Part shown: piece after piece, positions 48,822-59,124 of the stretch
Layout of the letters: each line of letters opens with the position of its first letter
Numbering within the stretch: the first letter of the stretch is position 1
Assembly (NCBI GenBank): GCA_035294855.1
Contig: DATGKD010000259.1
Location: 1-59,124, forward strand
Length of the DNA: 59,124 nt
Origin: Acidimicrobiales bacterium
GTDB lineage: Bacteria > Actinomycetota > Acidimicrobiia > Acidimicrobiales > UBA8190
Direction: 5' to 3'
Translations under genes and position numbers: made by a program
Notes under the pieces: generated by a model
The model's database searches: none
What the model was told of the DNA's origin: nothing
What the model saw: the letters and a program-made list of their open reading frames with translations, nothing else

Positions 48822-51325
48822 CCGTGACCGGCACCCCGTTGCACCGTTTCGGAGGCCTGGGGTCGTTCGACGATGCCGACGAATTCGAAGGGTTGCTGCC
48901 GCCCGCCCGGCCCTCGGCGGCACCGGCGGACACCGCTTCGAGCGCCCCCCGGGGCGCGTCGGAGCCCGAAGGCGAGGCCGAGGCCCCGGGCGACGAGCCG
49001 GGGCCGGTCGAGCCGGCGCGCCGCCCGCCGCGCTGGACGGAGTCGCTGCCCACCCCGGACTCCCTCCTCGAAGGGTTGAACGGCCCGCAGCGGCGCGCCG
49101 TCCTGCACCGGGGCCGCCCGCTGCTCGTGGTGGCCGGCGCCGGCTCGGGCAAGACCCGCGTGCTCACCCACCGCATCGCCCACCTCATCGCGGCCGGCGA
49201 CGCCTCGCCGTGGGAGATCCTCGCCATAACGTTCACCAACAAGGCGGCGGACGAGATGCGCGAGCGCCTCGTGGGCCTCATCGGCCCCGTCGCCGAGCGG
49301 ATGTGGGTCTCGACGTTTCACGCGGCGTGCGTCCGGATGCTGCGTTCCCACGCCGATCGACTCGGGTACGCCAAGTCGTTCACGATCTACGACGACACCG
49401 ACTCGCGCCGGCTCGTCGAACACATCGAGCGGGACCTGAACATCGACACGAAGAAGCTGCCCGCACGCGGCGTCCAGGCCGCCATTTCCGGGGCCAAGGC
49501 CGAGTTGGTCGATCCCCCGGCCTACGCGGCCGCCGCCCGGACCGTGTTCGAGCGCAGGATCGCCGAGGTCTATCAGGAGTACGCCGGCCGCCTGTTCGCC
49601 TCGTCGGCCATGGACTTCGACGACCTGCTCCTCAATGTCGTGAAGCTGTTCCGCACCGCCCCCGACGTCCTCGACGCGCAGCGGAGGCGTTTCAAGCACG
49701 TGCTCGTGGACGAGTTCCAGGACACCAACCGCGCGCAGAACGAGATCGTGCTCATGCTCGCCGCCGAGCACCACAACGTGTGCGTGGTGGGCGACAGCGA
49801 CCAGTCGATCTTCGGCTGGCGCGGCGCGGACATCCGCAACATCGTCGAGTTCGAAGAAGCGTTCCCCGACGCCGTCGTCATCCCGCTCGAGCAGAACTAC
49901 CGGTCGACGAAGACCATCCTGGACGCCGCCAACGCTGTCATCGCCAACAACGACACCCGCGTGCCGAAGGAGCTGTGGACCGAAGGCGAGGCCGGGGACC
50001 CCATCGTCCGGTACCGGGCGGAGGACGAGTACGACGAGGCCGCGTGGGTGGTCACCGAGATCGGCCGGCTGCGCGCATTCGACGGCATCGGGCCCGGGGA
50101 CGTGGCCGTCTTCTACCGCACCAACGCCCAGAGCAGGGCGCTGGAGGAGGAGCTCGTGCGGGCGGGCATCGCCTACAAGGTCGTGGGGGGGACCCGCTTC
50201 TACGACCGTCGCGAGGTGAAGGACCTGCTCGCGTACGTGCGGCTGCTCTCCAATCCCTCCGACGAGGTCTCCGCCCGACGCATCGTGAACGTGCCGCGCC
50301 GCGGCGTGGGTGACGCGTCCGTCGACCGTCTGGCCACCTGGGCCCGCCGTCACGGACGGCCGTTCCTCGACGCGCTCGGCCACGCCGAGGACGCGGGATT
50401 GGCGGGCCGGGCGGTCAAGGGGGCCGCGTCGTTGCTCGCGCTGTTCGACGAGCTGCGTGCCCTCGCCGAGGGTGGCGCCAGCCCTGGCGAGTTGATCGGC
50501 ACCGTGGCGGAGCGCACGGGGTACCGCGCCGAGCTCGAGGCAACCGACACGGTCGAAGCACGCGGCCGGGTCGAGAACATCGACGAGCTCGTCGTGGCGG
50601 CGTCCGACTACCAAGCCGTCGACGACTTCCTCGAATCCGTCGCGCTCGTCTCCGACGTCGACGAGCTCGAGACCTCCGAAGACCGCGTGTCGCTCATGAC
50701 GTTGCACACGGCCAAGGGCCTCGAGTTCCCCGCGGTGTTCCTCGTCGGCATGGAGGACGGTGTCTTCCCCCACCTGCGGGCCCTGGAGGACCCCCGGCAG
50801 CTCGAAGAGGAACGCCGCCTGTGCTACGTGGGCATCACCCGGGCTCGGCGGCAGCTGTACCTCACCCACGCGTGGAGCCGGACTTCGTGGGGATCGACGA
50901 ACCACGCAATTCCGAGCCGGTTCCTCGCCGAGGTGCCGGGGGATCTCGTGCGCGAGGTCGGATCGTCGTATGGCAGGCGGCCGGACCCGTTGCGGGACGC
51001 GAGCTCGTGGACGCGCCGGCGGCGCGGCCGCCGGTCGTCCGGCGCGGCATTCGACGGGGCCGACGCGGCTCGTGTCGACGGGGACGTCGACGTCGACCGC
51101 GGCGACGCGTGGGTGGACGACTGCCACGACCCCGACCCCTGGGGTGACGCCGTCACCGGTGGCGCCGTCGCTGGTGACGACGTCGCTGGCGCGGACGTCC
51201 CCCGCCCGTCGCCCGCTCCGCCACGTCGTCCTTCGGGGGCGCGCCGGCGCCGGCTGCCCAAGATGGCCGAGGAGAAGTTCGGCCTCGGTACGGGCGGGTC
51301 GTCGGAGAGGCGCACGTGGTCCTGA
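48818..51325 (+). CDS. pcrA: ATP-dependent DNA helicase PcrA/UvrD (SF1A) with an atypical low-complexity C-terminus
   Basis: '[20 protein letters not shown]', '[14 protein letters not shown]', 'VDEFQDTN', '[12 protein letters not shown]', '[10 protein letters not shown]'. GTGA overlap with the guaA stop. The upstream 127 codons of the track ORF were rejected. Confidence 0.9.
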   Translation: MTVTGTPLHRFGGLGSFDDADEFEGLLPPARPSAAPADTASSAPRGASEPEGEAEAPGDEPGPVEPARRPPRWTESLPTPDSLLEGLNGPQRRAVLHRGRPLLVVAGAGSGKTRVLTHRIAHLIAAGDASPWEILAITFTNKAADEMRERLVGLIGPVAERMWVSTFHAACVRMLRSHADRLGYAKSFTIYDDTDSRRLVEHIERDLNIDTKKLPARGVQAAISGAKAELVDPPAYAAAARTVFERRIAEVYQEYAGRLFASSAMDFDDLLLNVVKLFRTAPDVLDAQRRRFKHVLVDEFQDTNRAQNEIVLMLAAEHHNVCVVGDSDQSIFGWRGADIRNIVEFEEAFPDAVVIPLEQNYRSTKTILDAANAVIANNDTRVPKELWTEGEAGDPIVRYRAEDEYDEAAWVVTEIGRLRAFDGIGPGDVAVFYRTNAQSRALEEELVRAGIAYKVVGGTRFYDRREVKDLLAYVRLLSNPSDEVSARRIVNVPRRGVGDASVDRLATWARRHGRPFLDALGHAEDAGLAGRAVKGAASLLALFDELRALAEGGASPGELIGTVAERTGYRAELEATDTVEARGRVENIDELVVAASDYQAVDDFLESVALVSDVDELETSEDRVSLMTLHTAKGLEFPAVFLVGMEDGVFPHLRALEDPRQLEEERRLCYVGITRARRQLYLTHAWSRTSWGSTNHAIPSRFLAEVPGDLVREVGSSYGRRPDPLRDASSWTRRRRGRRSSGAAFDGADAARVDGDVDVDRGDAWVDDCHDPDPWGDAVTGGAVAGDDVAGADVPRPSPAPPRRPSGARRRRLPKMAEEKFGLGTGGSSERRTWS

Positions 51326-52656
51326 GGCCGCCGGACACCACCGAGGAGCTCCCGCGCGCCGGGGCCCCCGACGGCGCGCCCGGCGCGTCGGCGCCGTCGC
51401 CCGGCGGCAAGCACGGTGCCCACCAGGTCGAAGGCTGGCGGGGGCGCCATCGGGCCCGGACCACCGACCGCCGCGCCCGGCGGCGCGAGCGGCGGTCTGC
51501 CCGTCGTTTCTGGTTCGGCCGCCACCCCTGGCCGACCGGGCTCCTCGCCGCCGTCGTGCTGCTCACACCGGTATGGGTGTCGCTCGGGTCCACCCTGACC
51601 GACTCGGCCCTCGGCCCGACGGTCGGCGCGCGCTTCGTCGAGTGGGTCCGCGACCACGGTGGCAATGGTCTCGTGCGGTGGATCGAGAACGAGTGGTACA
51701 CACACCACCAGCCTCCGAAGGGCGGCCAGCCCCCCAAGGGCGCGATCCCGCCTCCCCCCGCGCAGGCCTACGGTCGGCGGCCCACCCAGCACGTCGTGCC
51801 GCACCTGCCGGCGCCCGCCTCCATCGCGCCGTTCACCAACCCGCCGGTGGCGGGCGAGGGCCAGTGGCATCCCGCCGGCCGCCTCGTCGGCGGCATGCCC
51901 GCCGTGTACGAAGCCTTCCTGCGGCCCGATGCCGTGCACACCAGCCTCGTCGTCGGCGTGGCGTGGATGGACACCAGCCTGCTGCGGGCGACGCAGTACT
52001 CGGGCACCTACGTACCGGGAGACGGCCCGTGGCACTACACCGCCCCTGTGGCGCGCGACGACGCCGCCACCCTCGTCGCCGCGTTCAACTCGGGCTTCCG
52101 GATGAAGGACGCGCAGGGCGGCTACTACGCCGAAGGCAAGATGGTCACGCCCCTGCGCAACGGGGCGGCCTCGTTCGTCATCTACGACAACGGCACCGCG
52201 TCGGTGGGGCAATGGGGCCGGGACTTCACCTCGACCGCGGGCATGGGGAGCGTCCGCCAGAACCTCGACCTGCTCGTCGACAACGGCCAGCCGGTTCCCG
52301 GCCTGTACCCCAACGACACCACCCGGTGGGGGTTCACGCTCGGCAACGCGGTGTACGTGTGGCGCTCGGGCGTGGGCGTGACCGCCAACGGGGCGCTCGT
52401 GTACGCCGGTGGCCCCGGGCTCAACATCACGACCCTCGCCGACGTCCTCGCCCGCGCGGGTGCGGTGCGTGCCATGGAGCTCGACATCAACACCGCATGG
52501 GTCAACCTGACGACGTACGCGCCGGCCACGCCGGACGTCTACGCCGCGCCGGCCAACGGGACGCCGCTGCTCCCGGCGATGAGCGGCGGAGCCACGCGCT
52601 GGTTCAGCGCGTGGGACCGGGACTTCATCACGATGTCGTCGCGCTACTCGGGCTGA
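51316..52656 (+). CDS. Membrane-anchored secreted protein, probably phosphodiester glycosidase (NAGPA/DUF2233-like) family
   Basis: Protein-like composition (W/Y/N/F rich), Arg-rich N-terminus and the TM segment 'LLAAVVLLTPVWVSL'. 'AAFNSGFRMKDAQGGYY' and 'AVRAMELDINTAWV' resemble the family as I remember it. The family call is from memory only. Confidence 0.55.
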   Translation: MVLRPPDTTEELPRAGAPDGAPGASAPSPGGKHGAHQVEGWRGRHRARTTDRRARRRERRSARRFWFGRHPWPTGLLAAVVLLTPVWVSLGSTLTDSALGPTVGARFVEWVRDHGGNGLVRWIENEWYTHHQPPKGGQPPKGAIPPPPAQAYGRRPTQHVVPHLPAPASIAPFTNPPVAGEGQWHPAGRLVGGMPAVYEAFLRPDAVHTSLVVGVAWMDTSLLRATQYSGTYVPGDGPWHYTAPVARDDAATLVAAFNSGFRMKDAQGGYYAEGKMVTPLRNGAASFVIYDNGTASVGQWGRDFTSTAGMGSVRQNLDLLVDNGQPVPGLYPNDTTRWGFTLGNAVYVWRSGVGVTANGALVYAGGPGLNITTLADVLARAGAVRAMELDINTAWVNLTTYAPATPDVYAAPANGTPLLPAMSGGATRWFSAWDRDFITMSSRYSG

Positions 52657-52666
52657 GAGCGCCGCG

Positions 52667-53458
52667 ATGCCGCCTGCCGCCGGACCCGCCCCCGGGCCCG
52701 CCCCCGGCGCCCACGACTGGGACGCCGCCACCTACGACCGGATCGCCGACCCCATGACGCGCTGGGGCGCCCGTGTCCTCGAGCGCCTCGAGCTCGTCGG
52801 TGACGAGACCGTCCTCGACGCGGGGTGTGGGAGCGGGCGCGTGACCGAGCTCCTGCTCGGCCGGTTGCCCGCAGGCCACGTGGTCGCGCTGGACGCCTCA
52901 CCGTCGATGCTGGTGGAGGCGCGCCGGCGGCTCGCCGGGCAGGCAGCGCGGGTGAGCTTCGTCGAGTCGGACCTCTTGGACCTCACGCCCGCCGGCCTGG
53001 GTGGCTACGCCCCCGTGGACGCGGTGCTCTCGACGGCCACGTTCCACTGGGTGCTCGATCACGACCGCCTGTTCGCCAACCTGGCGGCGGTCATGCGTCC
53101 CGGGGCGAGCCTGGTGGCGCAGTGCGGCGCGGCGGGGAACATTGCGTCATTGGTGGACGCGGTGGCCGCCACCGGGAGCGAGCGCGCCGGGACGTGGCTC
53201 TATGCCACACCGGACGAGACACGTGCCCGCTTGGAGCACGCCGGTTTCGAGGCGATCCATGTGTGGACCCACCCTGAGCCGACCCGACTCGAGCGTGGCG
53301 AAGAGCTCGAGACCTATCTCGAGACCGTCTGCCTGCGGACGCATGTGGCGGAACTCGCCGAGGACGAGCGAGCACCGTTCATCGCCGCGGTCGCCGCCGC
53401 CATGGAGGAGCCCGTCATCGACTACGTGCGGTTGAACATCGTGGCTCGCCGGCGCTGA
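52667..53458 (+). CDS. Class I SAM-dependent methyltransferase (trans-aconitate-methyltransferase-like)
   Basis: 'WDAATYDRIADP' and SAM motif I 'VLDAGCGSGRVTELL'. Confidence 0.8.
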   Translation: MPPAAGPAPGPAPGAHDWDAATYDRIADPMTRWGARVLERLELVGDETVLDAGCGSGRVTELLLGRLPAGHVVALDASPSMLVEARRRLAGQAARVSFVESDLLDLTPAGLGGYAPVDAVLSTATFHWVLDHDRLFANLAAVMRPGASLVAQCGAAGNIASLVDAVAATGSERAGTWLYATPDETRARLEHAGFEAIHVWTHPEPTRLERGEELETYLETVCLRTHVAELAEDERAPFIAAVAAAMEEPVIDYVRLNIVARRR

Positions 53459-53481
53459 GGAAGCGCCGCGCCAGCGCGCGG

Positions 53482-54243
53482 TCAGCCGGGCAACCGGCGC
53501 CACACGGCGCCCGGCAGCAGCCGCATCACCGCGAAGACCAGGCGCAAGGGGGCGGGCGACCACACCACCGTGGCCGACCGCTCGAGACCTCGCACCACAT
53601 CGGCGGCGACGGCGTCGGCAGTCGTGGCGAGCGGGCCCGGCGTGCGACCCTTGGTCATCTTGGTGTCGACCCATCCCGGTCGCACGATCATGAGCGACAC
53701 CCCGGACCCCCGAAGCGCATCGGCCATACCTTGGGCGAAGCCGTCGAGCCCGGCTTTCGAAGCCCCGTAGACGTAGTTGGCGCGCCGGACGCGCACGCCC
53801 GCCACCGACGAAAGCACCACCAGGCGGCCGTGGCCCTGGGCCTTGAGCATTTCGGCGAAGGCCACCAGCGCGGCCGCCGGGCCGGTGAAGTTGGTGTCGA
53901 GGACCTGCGCCGTGGCGCGGGCGTCGACCTCGTCGGCCGCCTGGTCGCCGAGCACGCCCGCCGCCACGATCACGACGTCGACGTCACCGAGGCGAGCTTT
54001 CACGTCGCGCGCCAAGGCGCCGTGCGACGCCACGTCGGTGATGTCGGAGATGCGCGTGTCCACCTCGATGCCGCCCAGCGCCTCCAACTCCTTGGCGGCG
54101 GCCGCCAGGCCGACCTCGTCACGACCGGTGAGTACCACGCGGCGGAGCCGGCCGGCCGCCAGCGCGCGCAGCACGGCCCGCCCGATGTCGGAGGTGCCCC
54201 CGAGCACGACCGCGGTCTGTGGCTGTCCGAGGGCGTCGATCAT
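53482..54243 (-). CDS. dprE2: Decaprenylphospho-beta-D-erythro-pentofuranosid-2-ulose 2-reductase (SDR)
   Basis: '[23 protein letters not shown]' parallels the DprE2 N-terminus. YxxxK motif '[11 protein letters not shown]'. ATGA overlap with the dprE1 stop. Confidence 0.8.
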   Translation of the reverse strand: MIDALGQPQTAVVLGGTSDIGRAVLRALAAGRLRRVVLTGRDEVGLAAAAKELEALGGIEVDTRISDITDVASHGALARDVKARLGDVDVVIVAAGVLGDQAADEVDARATAQVLDTNFTGPAAALVAFAEMLKAQGHGRLVVLSSVAGVRVRRANYVYGASKAGLDGFAQGMADALRGSGVSLMIVRPGWVDTKMTKGRTPGPLATTADAVAADVVRGLERSATVVWSPAPLRLVFAVMRLLPGAVWRRLPG

Positions 54244-55787
54244 GGCTGCTCCGTCCCGGTTCCGGTGGTGTGTCGAGCGGGGCCCGTCCCCGCCGTGGAC
54301 GTCCGCGCCGCGCCGCGCGTCGCGCGTGTGCCACTGCGGTTGCCGGGACGTGCGGCGGTGCCGCCGCGGGTCGTCCGCCGTCGCGTGGACCTCGCCGGCC
54401 CGGTGACGCCCAGCCGGCGCGCCAGGTCGGACGACATCGTGCCGGACGGGTCGACACGCTCGCGCACGGCGCGCCACTCGGCGAGGCGCGGGTACATGGC
54501 TTCGAGGAACTCGGGCCGCAGGCGGGCGTCCTTGGCCAGGTAGACGCGCCCGCCGACGTCGACGACGGCCTGGTCGAGCTCGTCGAGCAGGGGGCCGAGC
54601 GCGGCGGGACCGACGGGAAGATCGAGGGCGAGCGTCCACCCCTCCGCCGGGAACGACAGAGGCCCGGGATCGCCCGCGCCGAAGCGCTTCAGGACGGCAA
54701 GGAACGATGCCACCCGCTGGCCGCTCAACCGCTCGAGGACGGTGCGCACGGTGTCCTCCGCTCCGAAGGGCACGACGAATTGGTACTGGACGAAGCCCCG
54801 GGGCCCGTACAGGCGGTTCCAGGCGCCCACCCCGTCGAGCGGGTGGAAGAACGTCGCCATCGATTCGAGCGCGCCGCGGCGCAGGCGAGGCGCCTTGCGG
54901 AACCACAGCTCGTTGAACGCGCTCACGCTCCACGCGTTGAGCAGGCCGGGAGGCGCGGTGAACGGCACGGACGCCCGCACGGTGGCGTCGAACCGGCGCG
55001 CCGCCACAGGGTCACGCTCGCTGAGCGGCAGGTCGTCGAGCGCCGCGTGGTCGCCGCGGGTGAGCACCGACCGCCCGAGCCGACCCCCTCTGGCCATGCA
55101 ATCCACCCACGCCACCGAGTAGCGATACTCGTGGTCGCGCTCGCTCATGCGGGCCATGCAGTCGTCGAGGTCCCGGGCGCGCTCGGTGTCGACGCGCAGG
55201 CGCGAGGTCTCGATCCGCAGGAGCCGCACCGTGGCCTCGACGACGACCCCGGTGAGGCCCATCCCGCCGGCCGTCGCCCAGAACAGGTCGGGCTCCGACT
55301 CGGGTGACACCTCTCGCCGGCCGACAGGGGTGGCGAGCGACATGCGCGCCACGTGCGAACAGAACGAGCCCTCGCGATGGTGGTTCTTGCCGTGGATGTC
55401 GGCGGCGATCGCTCCGCCCACGGTGACGTAGCGCGTACCCGGCGTGACCGGCACGAACCACCCCTTGGGGACGAGCATGCGCATGAGCGTGTCGAGGCTC
55501 GTGCCCGCGCCCACGCGGATCCATCCCTCGTCGAGGTCGGCGTCGAGCACACGGTCGAGAGCGGTGGTGTCGAGCACCACACCGCCGGCGCTCTGCGCGG
55601 CGTCGCCGTACGAACGGCCGAGGCCGCGCGCCACGACGGCGCGTTTGCCCCCCAGCGTGGCGAGGGCGTCATCGACCTCCGAGGCGCTCGACACGCGCCA
55701 GGTGTCCGCCGTGCTCGGGGCGGTGCATCCCCAGCCGGTCAGGGTCTGGCGGCGCGTCGGAAGAGCGGGGGCGGCCCGTGGGCTCAC
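54240..55787 (-). CDS. dprE1: Decaprenylphosphoryl-beta-D-ribose 2'-oxidase (FAD) with a ~55-aa basic low-complexity C-terminal tail
   Basis: '[10 protein letters not shown]', '[17 protein letters not shown]', 'FVQYQFVVP', 'GWTLALDLP', 'GGRVYLAKD'. The tail is '[15 protein letters not shown]...GTGTEQP'. Confidence 0.85.
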   Translation of the reverse strand: MSPRAAPALPTRRQTLTGWGCTAPSTADTWRVSSASEVDDALATLGGKRAVVARGLGRSYGDAAQSAGGVVLDTTALDRVLDADLDEGWIRVGAGTSLDTLMRMLVPKGWFVPVTPGTRYVTVGGAIAADIHGKNHHREGSFCSHVARMSLATPVGRREVSPESEPDLFWATAGGMGLTGVVVEATVRLLRIETSRLRVDTERARDLDDCMARMSERDHEYRYSVAWVDCMARGGRLGRSVLTRGDHAALDDLPLSERDPVAARRFDATVRASVPFTAPPGLLNAWSVSAFNELWFRKAPRLRRGALESMATFFHPLDGVGAWNRLYGPRGFVQYQFVVPFGAEDTVRTVLERLSGQRVASFLAVLKRFGAGDPGPLSFPAEGWTLALDLPVGPAALGPLLDELDQAVVDVGGRVYLAKDARLRPEFLEAMYPRLAEWRAVRERVDPSGTMSSDLARRLGVTGPARSTRRRTTRGGTAARPGNRSGTRATRGAARTSTAGTGPARHTTGTGTEQP

Positions 55788-55803
55788 GGAACGGCGTGCG
55801 GGT

Positions 55804-56748
55804 TCACGTGTACACGCCGACGGCGAACAGGAGTACCCACGTCACAGCGAGGATCTGCAGGGTGCGGTCTCGCAGGGCCAGGTCCTCGGGCGCGGCGCCC
55901 ATGCCGCGTTCGAACCGCAGCTCCACGTGCAAGATGGCGAGCACGAACGGAACGATCGAGAGTTGGAACCAGATCGGGTGGTGGCTGTGGCGCTGCACCG
56001 ACCGCTCGAAGGCCCACAGGCAGTACGCCGTGACCGTGACCGCGGCCGACAACAGCCGGACCGACCGGAGGAACGGCGGCGGGTAGGCGGTGAGCGTCTT
56101 GCGGGTCAACGCCCGGAGCTCGCCGAGCTGCGCCTGTTCCGAGCTGCGCTTGCCCGTCACCACGAGCAGTGAGCCGAACGACGACACGATGATGAACCAG
56201 TTCGACAGGGGGTAGCCCGTGGCCACGCCTCCGGCGATGGCGCGCAGGACGAACCCGGCGGACACGCACGCCAGGTCGATGACGGGCTCGTGCTTCAAGC
56301 GGAACGAGTACGCGGTCGACACCGCGGTGTAGGTGGCGATCACCAGGGCGAAGCGGCCGCCCGCCAGCCACCACGCCAGCGCGATGCTCGCCGTCAGAAG
56401 AATCGTCCCCACCGACAAGGCGAGGGGGATCCCCACCTCGCCGGCCGCGATGGGCCGCAGCCGCTTCACGGGATGGTGGCGGTCGGCGGCCACGTCCAGG
56501 GTGTCGTTCAAGAAGTACGTCCCCGACGCCGCCACGCAGAAGATGCCGAACGCCGCCAGGGCCCGAGCGGCGACGTGGCCGTGGGTGAGGACGCCGGCCG
56601 CGCCCGGGGCGGCCAGGACGAGGACGTTCTTGACCCACTGTCGGGGGCGGGCGATGCGGACGAGCCCCGTCAGCTGAGTGGACGCGCTCGGACCTGGGCT
56701 CTGGGGTTCGGGTTCGGCGTCCCGCTGGCTCGGAATGGCGCGGACCAT
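55804..56748 (-). CDS. Decaprenyl-phosphate phosphoribosyltransferase (UbiA superfamily, Rv3806c-like)
   Basis: '[11 protein letters not shown]' and '[23 protein letters not shown]', with multiple TM segments. Lies 16 nt upstream of dprE1. Confidence 0.8.
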   Translation of the reverse strand: MVRAIPSQRDAEPEPQSPGPSASTQLTGLVRIARPRQWVKNVLVLAAPGAAGVLTHGHVAARALAAFGIFCVAASGTYFLNDTLDVAADRHHPVKRLRPIAAGEVGIPLALSVGTILLTASIALAWWLAGGRFALVIATYTAVSTAYSFRLKHEPVIDLACVSAGFVLRAIAGGVATGYPLSNWFIIVSSFGSLLVVTGKRSSEQAQLGELRALTRKTLTAYPPPFLRSVRLLSAAVTVTAYCLWAFERSVQRHSHHPIWFQLSIVPFVLAILHVELRFERGMGAAPEDLALRDRTLQILAVTWVLLFAVGVYT

Positions 56749-56921
56749 GGTGCGATGGGCGGGCGGCGCGGCTCTCGGCCACCGGCCGCAGCCGATACGG
56801 CGACGCTACCACGGGCCCGTCGGCTACCTCGGGCTTGTTGCCCGCGGCGGGCGTCGGTGGCGCGACGCACGGTGACGTCGCCTGGGTCCCACCCCGGTGA
56901 CCTGCGTACACTCGGAGACCG

Positions 56922-57341
56922 ATGAAGCGTCCTTACCGGGTCGTCGTGGCCAAGCCCGGACTCGACGGCCATGACCGCGGCGCCAAGGTGATCGCCCGGG
57001 CGTTGCGCGACGCCGGGTTCGAGGTGATCTACACCGGCCTTCACCAGACCCCGGAGCAAGTCGTCCAGGCGGTGGTCCAGGAAGATGCGGACGCCGTGGG
57101 TCTTTCGTTGTTGTCGGGAGCCCACCTGACGCTCGTGCCTCGTGTCCTCGACGGCCTGCGTGCCCAAGGGCTCGACGACGTGCTCGTCATGGTGGGCGGC
57201 ATCATCCCCGAGGCCGACATCCCCGTCCTGAAGGAGATGGGGGTGGCCGAGGTCTTCACGCCCGGCGCGTCGCTGGATGCCACCGTCGGCTGGCTGGCGG
57301 ACGCCCTCGACCGCCGGGAGGAGGCGACGGCGGGGAGCTGA
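56922..57341 (+). CDS. Stand-alone cobalamin (B12)-binding domain protein (methylmalonyl-CoA-mutase small-subunit type)
   Basis: '[29 protein letters not shown]' contains DxHxxG. 139 aa. Confidence 0.85.
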   Translation: MKRPYRVVVAKPGLDGHDRGAKVIARALRDAGFEVIYTGLHQTPEQVVQAVVQEDADAVGLSLLSGAHLTLVPRVLDGLRAQGLDDVLVMVGGIIPEADIPVLKEMGVAEVFTPGASLDATVGWLADALDRREEATAGS

Positions 57342-57512
57342 GCGGACCGGTGCTGGACGGCAGGGACGGAACCCGCCGGTCCCGTCGGATACCACCGTGC
57401 GCCCCGTGGGCCGCGTCCGCTTCCACGAGAGGGAGAGCACCAGAACATGCACGCACAGACACGTCACCCGCGATAGGCGCACAGGCGAACAGGAAGGACG
57501 AAGGGACCTCCG

Positions 57513-58661
57513 GTGGACCTCTACGAGTACCAGGGCAAGCAGTACTTCGCCCGCTTCGGCATCCCCATCTCGCCGGGCGGCGTGGCCGACACGGTCGACG
57601 AAGCCGTCGCTCAGGCCGATCGCGCCGGCTACCCGGTGGTGGTGAAGGCACAGGTCAAGGTGGGCGGGCGGGGCAAGGCGGGCGGCATCAAGTTGGCCGC
57701 CGACGCCGCCGAGGTGCGCACCCATGCCGGGGCGATCCTGGGCATGGACATCAAAGGCCACACCGTCGGACGGTTGTGGGTGGAGCACGCGTCGGACATC
57801 GCCCGTGAGTACTACGCGAGCTTCACGCTCGACCGGGCCGCGAAGCTGCATCTGTGCATGGTCTCCGCACGCGGCGGCGTGGACATCGAGGAGGTCGCCG
57901 AAACCGACCCCGGTGCCATCGTGCGGATGCATGTGGACCCCGTCGACGGGCTCTCGCCGGACGCGGCGGCCCGGGTGGTCGCCGATGCTGGCCTCGACGA
58001 TGAAGCCCGCCCGCAGGCCGCCGAGCTGCTCCAGGCGCTGTACCGCTGCTACGTCGAAGGCGACTGCGACCTGGCCGAGATCAACCCGCTCATCCTCACC
58101 ACCGACGGACGCGTGCACGCACTCGATGCCAAGGTGACGCTCGACGACAACGCCGCCTTCCGGCACCCGGAATGGGAGGAGTTCGAAGGCACCGAGACGG
58201 CCGACCCGCGTGAGCGCCTCGCCAAGGAGCGCGGCCTGAACTACATCGGGCTGTCGGGGTCGGTCGGCATCATCGCCAATGGCGCCGGCCTGGCGATGAG
58301 CACCCTGGACGTCGTCAACCAGGTGGGCGGCTCGGCCGCCAATTTCCTCGACGTCGGCGGTGGCGCCAACGCCGACGTCATGGCCGCCGCGCTCGAGGTG
58401 ATCAACACTGACGACGCCGTGCGGTCGATCTTCGTCAACATCTTCGGCGGCATCACGCGCTGCGACGAGGTCGCCAACGGCATCGTGGAGGCGCTCGCCC
58501 GGGTCGACCTGCGCTCCCCGATCGTGCTGCGCCTCGACGGAACGAATGCCGAGGCCGGTCACGAGATCCTGGCGGACCACCAATCGGAGCGGCTCATCGT
58601 GGAGGAGACCATGCTCGGCGCGGCCCGACGTGCCGTGGCGCTCGCGGGAGGCAAGGCATGA
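57513..58661 (+). CDS. sucC: Succinate--CoA ligase (ADP-forming) subunit beta
   Basis: 'MDLYEYQGKQYF' and 'VVKAQVKVGGRGKAGGIK'. GTG start. Confidence 0.96.
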   Translation: MDLYEYQGKQYFARFGIPISPGGVADTVDEAVAQADRAGYPVVVKAQVKVGGRGKAGGIKLAADAAEVRTHAGAILGMDIKGHTVGRLWVEHASDIAREYYASFTLDRAAKLHLCMVSARGGVDIEEVAETDPGAIVRMHVDPVDGLSPDAAARVVADAGLDDEARPQAAELLQALYRCYVEGDCDLAEINPLILTTDGRVHALDAKVTLDDNAAFRHPEWEEFEGTETADPRERLAKERGLNYIGLSGSVGIIANGAGLAMSTLDVVNQVGGSAANFLDVGGGANADVMAAALEVINTDDAVRSIFVNIFGGITRCDEVANGIVEALARVDLRSPIVLRLDGTNAEAGHEILADHQSERLIVEETMLGAARRAVALAGGKA

Positions 58662-59124
58662 GCATCTTCGTGGACGAGAACACCCGCGTCGTGGTGCAGG
58701 GACTGACCGGCAGCCAAGGACGGTTCCACGGTTTGCGCAACCGGGACTACGGCACGCAGGTGGTGGCCGGCGTCACCCCGGGCAAGGGCGGGACCGACGT
58801 GGACGGCGTTCCCGTGTTCGACACCGTGGAAGAAGCGGTGAGGGCCACGGGGGCCGATGCGTCGTTCGTGGTGGTGCCTCCCAAGGGCGCGTCGGGCGCC
58901 ATCCTCGACGCGGCTGCGGCGGGGATCTCCTTCGTCGTGTGCATCACCGAGGGCATCCCCGCCCAGGACGAGGCCCGGGTGTTCAACGTGCTGCGCCGGG
59001 ACTATCCGCGCACGCGCCTGCTGGGGCCGAATTGCCCGGGCGTGATCTCGCCGGGCAAGTGCAACATCGGCATCACCTCCGGGGACATCGCCCTGCCCGG
59101 GGGGCCCGTGGGCATCGTGAGCCG
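58658..59124 (+). CDS. sucD: Succinate--CoA ligase subunit alpha (3' end truncated by the window)
   Basis: 'VVVQGLTGSQGRFH' and 'GPNCPGVISPG'. ATGA overlap with sucC. The ORF runs off the window. Confidence 0.93.
   Translation, partial: MSIFVDENTRVVVQGLTGSQGRFHGLRNRDYGTQVVAGVTPGKGGTDVDGVPVFDTVEEAVRATGADASFVVVPPKGASGAILDAAAAGISFVVCITEGIPAQDEARVFNVLRRDYPRTRLLGPNCPGVISPGKCNIGITSGDIALPGGPVGIVS

Overview
This is a very GC-rich, Actinomycetota-style chromosomal segment. Nearly every third codon position is G/C, many adjacent genes share 1-4 nt start/stop overlaps, and the six-frame track is full of spurious antisense ORFs. From about 13.4 kb to 53.5 kb all real genes are on the + strand. They are: the S10/spc/alpha ribosomal-protein super-operon (rplC through rplO, secY, adk, map, infA, rpmJ, rpsM-rpsK-rpsD-rpoA-rplQ); truA; rplM-rpsI; glmM-glmS-acpS-nnr-alr; an alpha/beta hydrolase; a family-4 uracil-DNA glycosylase; tsaE-tsaB-rimI-tsaD; CIRCE-controlled groES-groEL; a CoA-type Nudix hydrolase; a GuaB3-like protein; guaA; pcrA/uvrD; a membrane-anchored putative phosphodiester glycosidase; and a SAM methyltransferase. 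Next comes a minus-strand decaprenyl-phospho-arabinose operon (Rv3806c-like transferase, dprE1, dprE2), an orphan B12-binding-domain gene, and sucC-sucD (cut by the window end). The left 13 kb looks more accessory. It holds a cyclase-STAND-TPR protein, a ferritin-like/GntR/fatty-acid-hydroxylase module, and a Liv-type ABC importer locus. By eye I recognised no rRNA, tRNA, CRISPR array, transposase/integrase or known defence system, and I cannot point to one clear-cut novel system. The observations most worth a second look are: (1) a binding-protein-dependent ABC importer with both permeases and both ATPases fused into one ~1220-aa protein, coupled to an unknown membrane-anchored protein and facing a binding-protein gene whose SD sits in a hairpin; (2) infA, absent from the ORF track, which has no ATG/GTG/TTG start and apparently initiates at CTG behind a strong SD, followed by a 103-nt stretch with no T at all before rpmJ; (3) long acidic low-complexity tails on uL4, uL22, uS3, uL29 and uL30; (4) a CxxC...CxxC pair in bL24; (5) an S10 operon that lacks rpsJ and begins with a 265-nt hairpin-rich leader. 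All functional calls rest on motif recognition by eye. No BLAST or HMM search was possible, and start codons are inferred from SD sequences and overlaps.
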